Assembly (NCBI RefSeq): GCF_052425735.1
Contig: NC_135759.1
Location: 41,664,001 to 41,728,000, forward strand
Origin: Oculina patagonica
Taxonomy: Eukaryota
Reading direction: 5' to 3'
DNA length: 64,000 nucleotides
Positions 12,201 to 23,800 of this stretch are shown in pieces; within the stretch, counting starts at the first letter, position 1, and the number at the start of each line of letters is the position of its first letter. The notes under the pieces were generated by a model. The model saw nothing but the letters and a program-made list of their open reading frames with translations, made no database searches and was not told the origin of the DNA. The position numbers and the translations under genes are program-made.

Positions 12201-14770
12201 CATTAGTTCCAATAAATACTGGGATAAGCAGACTTACAGAGATAGAGCTGTTTTTGCTTGACTTGTACTTCCTTCCTCTCCCTGGAAAAAGAGAAAATGA
12301 ATTAATGAACTTTATTAAAGTGTAGCAAATATGTGGTTTATTTGCTAAATAACTTCTATGAAAACTACCAGGGAAAAAGTTATCTAATCAGTTGAGGAAA
12401 ATAAAAGAAGATATTATTGAAGTTTTCCACAAATAATTATTTGTTACAGTCTTAACATAAAGTAGCATAGAAACATTTTTTTATAGTTCAAACCACCAGT
12501 CTCATTTGAGGATCCAAAATAGGTTTGGCGAATGCGGAATGGGGCTCAAAATCAAGGCGGGATGCGGGATGTGAAAAATGTTTGTGGTGGGATACGGGAT
12601 GAAATTGTTTTGGCGGGACCGGGATGTGTTATTTTTTGTAGGCGGAATGTGTGATGTTCTGAAATTTATGGCGAGATGAAGTATCAAACACGATCTTTGT
12701 TGTTTGAGAAACTTTGTTTCGGTGACTGTTGTATTTCTACCATAATAAAAAGTTTTAATTTCTCGACCAATTATAAACAACGTGACTAACTTAGGTATAC
12801 AAAGCAGGAGTTCCCCATGCTTTTTAATATGGTATTTAAAACAGTTTTAATTTCTTTACGGATTAAAAAAACAACGTGACTTTTAACTAAGTACACAAAG
12901 CAGGAGTTTCTGGTGAATTTTGAAAGAGCCGTTAAAACTACAGTTTAATTTGTTGACAGATAATGTCAACAAATGCGACGTGTAGTGTGACCAGCCTCTT
13001 TTCATAAAAAACAAACGTGACTCTGAACTAAGTACACAGAGCAGGAGTTTCTCCTGCATTTCCTGTCGACAGATTAAAAAAACGATGTGACTATCTTAAG
13101 AACACATGTCACGTACATGTGGTCAAACTAAGTACACAGGAGCAGGAGTTTCTCGGGCATCAACAAATTTGATATTTTCATTTTTGAAATAAACCATTCT
13201 CCCAAACAAATCGTTTATATTTTGAGGGTCGTGTAATAACATACAACAGGTATCTCAGTGTGCTGGCATTCATCTTCTGCGGTTTTTCAAAGGTGGGTTT
13301 GCATCTCGTTCGGCTGCAATAACATCTGAGCTTATTTGCCTTATACGCTTGTACTTTGCTAATCAGAATGTAATATGTTAGTTGGTTGCCATTGTGTTTA
13401 TCCACTAAAAGCTTCTGTCCCTTAAATCTGCTGGAAAAATTCCCTTCATCAGGGAAGCTTTAGAGAGATCGCTGTATTTTTGAAACATTTTAATGACCAA
13501 TTCTTGTTATTATGGTGCAGGGGAGTTGTGACTACATAAGTTCGCCGTCAAACATTTAAGAAACCCAGAGATTCGCCGAAGTTGTCAAAATTCTCTCCTT
13601 TGCTGTCGCCATAGTCGCTATTTCAACACAAGTCTTGTCGTTCGTCACAATTTTATTTCTCCTATGTCAATGTTAAAATGCTGCGTCGCTTCTCGGAATT
13701 TATCCTGGCAGGACCTCGGAAAAGAGTCTAAAACCAGCTTGCAAGATCTTCTTAAGTTGTTTAACAATTTTAACTCTTTTAAAGCTCAAACAAACTGTTT
13801 TCACTGCGCAGCAAACCAGTATTTTCTCCAGGTAGAGAAAAATCAACTGTTTCCCGACTAGTGTAACAAGAACAGCAGAATCCCACCCTAGAAGAAAAAC
13901 TGAGCAACTGAATACGACTCGGGCAGTGAAACTTGTGCGCTCGAGGGTGAAGGTTTTGTAGAAGAGGACAGTGAGTGGTTTGGCCATCAGTAAGCTTCTT
14001 ATGCTGTCGACTTTCTAATCGGGATAACATCTCTATTTAGCTGCCCTTTACGGTTTAACAGTCAATTTGTTTTACAAATCCTATGCCTGAAGCACCAAGG
14101 TGAAAAAGTATCAAAATCGCATTAGTGGCATAAGTGGCGTTCACAGCCGTAGCTCAGTAATATGGTTTCCATGTTATGAAGCAACTTGGAGCCCTTCACA
14201 CAGTTTGTCTTCCCTTAGCTTAGGAAAGTAATAGCTACTAAGCTAAACAATTAAGTTAAACGTAAACTTCCCTTTTGCGTATACCTTTTTTATAGTTCAA
14301 ACCACCAGTCTTATTTGGGGTAGGCAAGGGAAAAAATGTATTAGGCTATGTTTTATTGTATAAATCCAAATTAAACATTGTTATCTTCATAGTTTTGATA
14401 AAGGGCACTAATATGAAAATGAAACTTCTAGCATTAGCGTTCTCTGTGAACAGTTGTGTGACAAGCACAAACTAGAGTCCTTTGAAGAAAGAGATTAAAG
14501 GGCATTCCTTGACAGGAAAAGGAAAGTATACTAAATAAATGATTAATTTAATCTGCAGCATAATTCTTTTGTTTGCCAAACGTATGTCTAAAAAGTTTAA
14601 AAATCACAGTTCTTCTGACCCAAACCCAGTACCAGTACTTGCCAAAACTAATCACCCCTAACATTTCCTGTTAATTTGTACTGGTCCTTTTGTGCATCAT
14701 GGAACCATTCAATATTGGTGGCCTAAACTAGAGCACACTGAAGACATTGTTCAATTAATATAACATGATA

Positions 14771-14804
<34 letters not shown>

Positions 14805-17800
14805 CTAGCATAAGTTGCGGCATAAATACATTGTGTTGTTCCATAAAATATCCATACCCCTCCCACGAAAGGTTTTTGGATTGAATCCCCCCACTCCTCT
14901 AGAAATCCCAGTTAAGCCCCATATGTTTCTTTTTTGGGCTTTTGAGTCCCTCCCACCCCCTCGGAATTTTCAGTGACCTTCCATGGGGCTGTTATAGATA
15001 TTTTATGGAATTACATATTGCATACAAAATTTACAAGAGTGTGACATGACCAAATTGGCGAGACATTATTTGTGTTAGCATTACAAAGAAGACTTGAAGG
15101 GCCATAATCAGTACAGTTTTGATTTTGACTTAAGAGGGTCCCCAATAGGTTTTTCAGGATCCAGGATTTGGCTTATTTGAAGACAAGATCCGGGTTTTAG
15201 AGGGAAAAGGGAGCAAGATTCAAGATTGAAATTATGAATGGGTCACATGAATTAATGATTTTAGGAAGTGGGATTCGGGAAATGTTGATCCAAGACCAGG
15301 AAAGTTCGGCGACGAAAAAATAATGTAGTTGTAAAGAAAATCAAGTTGTGATCTTCACAAATATTGCAAAAAGCCAGAGAAAGCATTTACATTGTATAAT
15401 GACTTACACAAGTTACTTGCATTTTCCATGTGGCAGTAACACAGAAAGAAAGAAACAAGATAACAGCTTTTTGTCGGAGAGTAAAGACTTTATAATTAAG
15501 ACCATTGCTGGGAGGGAATATACACCCACTGAAAGGCCTTTTATCATTGAGGCAAGGGATTAAGTAACAATAAATGGTCGGGATCGATCAATATATGCAG
15601 AATAACAGCTTTCGTTTTCTGGAGGCCCCTGACATCAATAGCCCGACAAATGCTGTTACAATTTTTTAAGCAATATAAGCATGTTTCGGAAAATTGTTCG
15701 GAAAGCAGTCAAGCGTCCTACTAAATGGAAATTAATATTTTGCTGAAGTCGTGCATGTGGATATGAAACTTGAAAACAATACCCGTGAATAAAAGGACAC
15801 TCGCTTGTAAACACGAAATCTGCGAGAAAAAATCAGTACATTGGAGGCCCAATTTTATTGCCTTAAATGTCTTCAATGAGCTTGAAACTTTCAAGCCATA
15901 TCAATCGATGACAAACCTTGTGTTTGTCAAATTTTAAAAAAAATTCATCGAGCGGTTTTTAATTTATTATCACTTTTGTTAGCCTGCGAATACAGCCGCC
16001 TCTCATTCGCGTCCCGCAACGAAAAGCGAAACACGAAGAAAGACGTCTGCGATTCACGGCCAGAAATTCCATACTGATGACGTAAATCTGTCCAGAATCC
16101 GGACAGGAGCGCTGATTGGTCAGCTAGTTAATTTACATAATGTATGCGAAATATAACACTTCATGACACGAACGGTAAAAAACCGGATGTTATTGCGGAC
16201 TAAAAGTTGACCGGGGGAAGGATCATGAAACTACACCAAAGCTATACCTTAGAATTTCTATAATATCTATAATTCATATGTAATTGGGAAACAAAAAGAA
16301 ACTGCTTTATAATAAGATGAACGACCTCAAAGATGTACAGAAAGGACGCGCCACAGCGGCCGTTAAAAATAGATCAATTTTGTCACCTAACTTTTATTGT
16401 TGACATAAAGGCAGCCGGCAAAACAAACAAGCAACAAAAATGTGAAATACAGATAACCTGAACGACCTGAACCATCCACAACCAAAGAATAAATGCTATA
16501 GAAAAACAGAATTTTAATTTGACAAACAGCGGGGAAAGAAGAAACGCACTCAGAAGAATTGTTATGATCGTTGCGGTATCGGTATTTACGCCCCAACACC
16601 TCCGAGAGTTGCGCTCAAGTTCCAAAACAATGTCATCTAGTGATTTCGCAGCTTATTTTTCCAAATTTTACTAATGTGCAACTCGTATAGGGATTTCTAA
16701 TTTTCGCAATGAAGTTGTCCGGTGTAAATGACCCCTAAATGTGTCCTTGACTGCCTTGAAAGTATTTGTGATCAAGCAAGTAATGTGCGGCTGAAAACAA
16801 AAAATATAATTATGCAAGACCAACTGCGTGTGGTGTGGGAAATCTAATTAGCGGTTAACGTCATCAGTATGGAATTTCTGGCCGTGAATCGCAGACGTCT
16901 TTCTTCGTGTTTCGCTTTTTGTTGCGGGACGCGAATGAGAGGCGGCTGTATTCGCAGGCTACACTTTTGTAGGCATAGACCAAATTATAAACAAAAATGG
17001 CAACAAGAGCACCTGAATGCACGCTCATCAAATTCTTTTTTCTCGCAATCGACCAAATCAATCCCCACCACTGTTTTACAGACGATTTTAAATGGAATCA
17101 AACTACTATAAGATGAAATTGCAATTCACATGTGCGTCATTTTCTTTAGATATTACCCCATTTTCTTGTTAGTATGTTTTTGACTGTATTTATAGCTCCG
17201 AAAACTTCATCCCCAAATATACAAAGCAAATTTCTGGTCAACATATATACAAAGCAAATTCTTGGCGAACAAGCAAGACAGATATGGCGAGCGAACTGGC
17301 TTTGTGTACATATTTCGTGTGAGAACACACCAAAAGGATTGTAGTCAGGCTGGTCGCTGATTGGGCAGAATAATACAAAGGGAATACAAAAGATTTTTCT
17401 GCCCAATCAGGAGGCGGTATTCAGAGAGCTTTTTGAACTGGTCTGGTAAGACTCTTTCCCCAGGGGCACTTTCAGTCAATACAACTTTTATATGCTGATT
17501 TTTTTCCTCGCAGTTTCGGACTATTTTCTACTCGCATTTTCACGTTTCCCTCGCCCCACTAACTTCCCAGAGATTCCAACCCTCCTGTTTTGGCCGGAAA
17601 CCTCTCATTTTCAGCGATCGTTTCCGGCCTCCCGTTTTTGCTCATTACTCTCAAGTAAGATAACGTTTTCTCTGCTACACTAGCCTTTTTTGCAGGATCC
17701 TTCATCGTTTCTCTATGGTTTCTCGGGCTCCTTTTACCCTAAGGCATCCCGCGGTATTTTGGACGTGGCCTCGACTTCATGCGACGTTTGCCTTCCTTTG

Positions 17801-20800
17801 TGGTTTTGCTTGGTTTTGTATTGTTTTAGTTGGTAAATTCCCATTGACTATGATCTCAAAATACAGGAAATGGCATCCTAGCTAGAGGCCTGTTTTTTTT
17901 TTTTCGGGGGTGCATGCCCACGGACCTCCTAGAGGCTCGCACCTTCTGCGCTCGTGGCCGCGACTAAAATCTCCCATTTTGTCATCTCAAAGGGTTGGAA
18001 TCTCTGAAACAGTCTCCAATCTCCCTTTGCTTTCTTGTGTTGTATTGAAGTTTAAAAAGGAAAATGGCTCAAAATGTTTAAATCCATCTGTGAAGTCATG
18101 TCACAGTTTCCTCTCATACTTCATGTAATGTCAACAGAAAGTCTTGTTAGTTCTTGTACTTCATGTAGTGTACATGGAAAGCCATTTATAATTGGAATAA
18201 ATGCAAATGTGAAATAACCCAGTTCATTTTTAAAGGGATATTTATTGTTCGTGAATATGCCCTAGTTGTTTGTTTAACAGCATAAAAGTGATTTTCCCCT
18301 TTCAGAAAATATTGCAGAATTTGCTGCAAAATAGTCCCTTTTAGCTGTATAATTTGCCATGAAAATATGCCACATAATTTCCCAATTCTTTCTGTACCCT
18401 ATCAGAAGCCCTGAAAAGGGGTGATGAAAGTCATTGTTATAATTTAAGAATGAGATGCAGAGTTGAAGGGTAAAACAACAAATATCCAAATACTTGAACA
18501 TACATGTACATTTTGGAACTTCAAAAGTCAAGAAGGTTCCAATTCAGTCACTGGAATCAAACGAAGTAATAAATGTGACCACAATGGCAGGAGATAAAAA
18601 TCTTACAAATTTTATCACTTGTTTGCATTTAGTGCCACTAAAAGAATTTTAATTATTTTAAACAAAGGAAAAGATGAAATTAATTAGGCTTTCAGCCAAA
18701 TTATACAAATGAATAATTGGTAATATTTCAATACCAACATATTATTATTTATTAAACATCTTTGTGTAGGCTCAGTGTTATTTTCGTTAGTGTTTATTCC
18801 CTGCACAAAACAAAGCACATGCAACCCTAGGTAGAAAAGACAAATAGAGAGTCTCTTTCTTGTTTGCTTGTATATCCATGTTCCTATTAACTAAGTTATA
18901 AACTATGTATTGTTACACGGGAATTTATATTTTGAAATCACTAAACAAAGAAATCATGAAACCATGCAGCACAGAATGCCCTGCAGGTGGTCTGTTTTAA
19001 CGTAGTTGGCAAATACTTCACATAGTTTGGAAAATTTTAATTGCCTACTGCAAATTTTAAATCCATCTTGAAAGTTTGCTTTATAGGGACTTAATTCCTG
19101 ACTAAAAAGAATTTAGAACGGTACTGAGTTACTATACATGTACTTAACGTTGAAAACTTTGACTTGTTTATAACCACTCAGTTATAAACTCGTAAAAAGT
19201 TTACCAACAGCTTCAACCTTAGAGCCAATGCTTTTAACTGCAGGGTGCACTCGCAGGGTGCCTGTTTAGCAGCTACACATGAATGAAAATGGCACCAAAT
19301 AATGTAAACAAATTAAAACCCCTTTTTAGCTCAAACAGTTGTGTAATGCTAGTTTAATGAACTTAACTAAACTCTTGACATAGCAATCTCTAAACATGTT
19401 CACAAAGGATTCTACAAAGGCAACATGGAAATACTTTCGGTGGACTGTCAAATTCAACGGCAAATAAAAATAACCATGGTTAACTAATAAATTAAATAAA
19501 TAATCATGATGGGACAGAAAGGCATTCAACTGAGAAGCTATTCAAATTGGCACAAAATATGCAGGCTGAATGTTAAAGAACTAAAGGTTATTTTAAGTTA
19601 TATTGAGGGACTCTAAACAAATCAGAATTGTTTTTACTTATTGGCATCCATCTTACAAGTAATTTGTCAGTTTTGATTTTGACTCATGTAAAGGTTATTA
19701 AAAACTTATATGAAGCTTGAAGTCCATGCATATTAACATCAATCAATTATGAAGCCCTTGTTGCAATACCACTATTAAATCATTAAGATAGAAATTCCAA
19801 TCAATTTTTCTCTTTGCATTAAAGTGCTTAATAAACAAATAGTTTAAACCAAGGGTTTAATCATTTCTATAAAGTGGTAGATCATTGATTATAATCACTG
19901 CTAAAATGGTATGCCTGATTAACTTAAGTTCATTACAACTCTGATTTTATTTTGTGCACTGAAAAATATGATACAAAAAACCATGTGATTTGGAAGAAAA
20001 ATACCAACCAACTTGAAATAACCATTGTAAAGAAGCATTCCTGATTACCTTTGATTCAAAACAAGGCTTTCTAAAATTAAATTCTTACATTTTTAAAAAA
20101 TACCATTACCAGTAATACTAACAATTTGCTAATACAAGGTCTCGAGGTAAATTAACTCCTTCAATAACTTTCAATCAATCAATCAATTTTACTCCAATTT
20201 GAAAGCAAAAAATTTGAAAAAAAAAATTTCTTTGTGCACCGACGGAACATTCTAGGTGGTTTCTACTGCAATAAGTAAAATTCTTTGAATAGTTTGATAT
20301 TAAGCTAGACATGTACATTCTCTACATGCTTAGTGAAGCAGATGGGCTGAAACAAAAATAACTTTCCATATACAGGAAATTGAAACTTGATGAAATTCAA
20401 AAAGAAATGCATCTTTAATTCATGTTAATTTCATGCAGCATTAATTTCAGTGCCTTTACTCTCCACAGCACTAATTTCTCTTGTAATGGATCTTGTCCCA
20501 ACATGAAGCATCTCGAATTGATATTATTGATCTTTAAATCAGTCTTTAACAAGATCTCAAACTTGTCCCTTTTCCTTTTTCTAACAATTTTTCTTTAACT
20601 TGAACGGTTTTAACCTTGAGTTTCCATGTTAACTTAAAGGACATTTATTTAAGATACACTTGGATTAATTTCCCATTACAAGGTACCTAGTATTTATACA
20701 TGTATATGAACAATTGTACAGTTGAACCCCGGTAACTCGAACTCTGAAGGGAAACGAAAAACAGTTCGAGTTAGCGGGGTTTTCGAGTTAATTAGCTGAG

Positions 20801-23800
20801 TAAAAATGACTGAAAGTGGGTCTAAGGGAAATGGAAGTTAGTTTGAGTTAGCAGCGTTGTTCAAGTTCAATTACTGGAGTTCTACTGTACAACTACACTA
20901 GACTTCTCTATCTTTTTGCTTCCTTTGCAAGAAGCAAACTAAAAAAGACATTTGAAAATTTCTGGAGCAAACTGTTTAAATTCATGTTATGTACTAGCTA
21001 AATCGAGGAACACAAGAAAAACCCAGAATGCTGGACTAGTTAGGGTTAGGATTGGGGTTAGCATGTGGTTGGTGGTTCATTATTAATTAGCAGTTAGTGG
21101 TTATAGTCATCAGTAATTTCTCATTGTAGAAGATTTATAATTAAGGGTGTTCTGGGCTACGCGGTTCAGGCTATTTTGGATTATTTCAGTGTTTCTGCTT
21201 TTGGTACCATGAATTTTTCTTTTCCTGTTAATCAATTCTGTTCAGTATATCCACTTACAATCTGGGCTTGACAAAGAAACATCATGAGAAGACTGCAGAG
21301 GTGGGGGAAGACCAGCCTGTAATTTAACAAAAACAGTGATTAAAAATTAACTCTTAACATGTACATGTCACATCAGTGCTCCTATAATAATTGTGAACAA
21401 AAGATAAATATTCAGTTTTTCAATACTTGTCCTGCATCAGAAGTTAATCAAAATAACTATTAACTTTATAATCAACGGCATGTAGACACGGCGAATTCAG
21501 TTGTCGACCGATGTCAGTGTAAACTGAGGATCTTTTGACCCTTTTTTTTGTAGAAAAGATGCAGCAATCAAAAAATTCTTAAAATGCAATTTATATTACA
21601 CCATCCGGATATTAAATTGTTAGCTTTATAAGTACATACTGTAGATGGGTAGAAACCACAGAAACGTTCAATAAAAACCTTTCTCTTTGAGTCCATCATC
21701 AGTATTAAAAAGTTACGTGTTTTAGCTTTAGCTTATCGACATGCAGGTTGCACGGCTATCCCAAACAACCTTTCTTTTATATATTGCTCGGTTTTGATGT
21801 CATAGGATAACAGGTAGCAGGTGAACACTGTCTAACAAAATTTTCATAACATTTAGAGGAAGTAACGTCTGGTAAACAGGTCCTTCTTTGTCTCAATACA
21901 ATTCTAGAGACTGGAGGAGTCATAGGGGCTCCCCCAGGCTGGTGCTTATCTCTACAGGTGTCTCCAATGCGTCCTGATTACAGCACGGACACCTTAAACC
22001 CCACTAGGTTATAAAATTACCCACGGGAATACACTTATAATTTGTTAATTTAATCAATCTACACATTGAAGGAGTGAAAGGAAGAAAGACACAAGTGATG
22101 CATGGTAGAAAAAAACACATGCAAACAAGATACAAATACTAATAATTATGAAAAAAATCACCGAATTTGTACATGACATTATATGGCCAGTTTGTTCTGT
22201 GAAACATGCCCTCATTGCATCATAGTACGGTAGCTGTAATCAACAACCACCATGATCAGGGCTAAAAAATGTGCTGTCTGGTCGTCCAGGACAAGTATAT
22301 TTTTCTGCCTTGATTTTGAAACATAAATCAAGGTAAAATTGAATATTACAAATGTACATGTCAGGGTTTAAATTTGCTTTTGGTTTGATATTGGTTTGGA
22401 TTGATTCTCATTTTTTTGTCTGATATTGAAACACGAAACAAAGGAAAATAAAAATCTGACTGGTTTGAAAGATTTTGAACCAAAAACAAATTTAAACGGC
22501 AACAAATACATAAATTATACCATTTAAAAATCTTCATTTAAACATAAAAAGAGCATTCCTTTTTCAACTGAACACTGTCTTTGTACACAGGGATGAAACT
22601 AAGATTTTAAACTGGTAGAAAATTCTTTGCAGCTATAGGCGGTTACGTAATCAAGGAAAGGGCTTTCAAACCTACCCATTTTCTTCATTTTCTGAGCTTC
22701 ATAAGTGACAATAATCATGCAACAGACGGGTGTTTTACCCAGCTTCTGGCTTAATCTGCATTCTTGATATACATTAAACAATTTGTGTAAGTCAAAATAA
22801 ACTCACCTGGCTTCCTGACAGTCCTGACTCTCTGTAACCTGCAAAACAAAGTCAGTTCCTGTTATTTCTCATTATTTTCTTTTTTCAATTTAACCGCAAA
22901 GTGTTTGTTCTTAGCTACAGCTGTAAGATGACGAAGGACTGAACTAGCTTATAGTTATATACCATTTTTTTTTTGTAAATTGGCTGTACCCTTGGTCTTT
23001 TTTTAGTTTAGGTACACAACAGTAGCCAACTCAAATTCATCTGCTTCTGTGGCCACTGTACAAAAAAAAGAAAGTTATATCTCTTTCTTCGCAAATTCTT
23101 TTCATAGTTATATAACTTGTGACTAGCACAACAATGTTGGCTTGACTTTTATTTTCAAACTTTATCCTACAGATAGCAGAAACATGCATCCAGAGATTCA
23201 CAGGTGTGAATCGGCAGATAGTTGAATTAATTTGCAGCAAAAATGTTGGTTGCCTGCAGTTTAAGACCCTTTCAGCTTGTGGACCTCTTGGGAACCATAG
23301 ACAAGCATGGGGTATGTTTAAACCACATGGAGAAAAATACTAACTTTTAAAATACTTACAGTATTTTAAAAGGTTTTTGTAGCAGTTCAGAAATTACATA
23401 CAGTATATATTTTCATGTTAACAAAATAAAACATAAGTTCTGTTGGAAGACAAGCTACTGCCCGAAAAAAAAAACTCTTTACATGAGAATAACGTGATGT
23501 AAAGAAAGTGAATTACAAAATGTATCGAGCATGTCATTTTATTAAAGAATATGATTACAATATCATAAAACATGATGCAATAATTTAAATATCACTTGCT
23601 CTTGAAATGATTTTGAATTTTTAAGAAGCTATCCGACCCTGCATGCACCTGTACATGTAGCAACATATTATACTTAAATATGACATGTGTTTAATTCAAC
23701 ATGTTTCGTGTATTTACTGAGACATTTTATACAATTTTCCAACTAAATCAAAGTTAAGAAGGGAACCTATTCATCATAAAACACTTAATGACTGAGTTGG

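Noticed and set aside
19205-19261. Possible extra 57-nt phase 1-1 E-protein exon ([18 protein letters not shown])
   Set aside because: Frame-compatible, but the acceptor is weak and there is no recognisable homology; exons 21259 and 12281 already join in frame. Needs RNA-seq.
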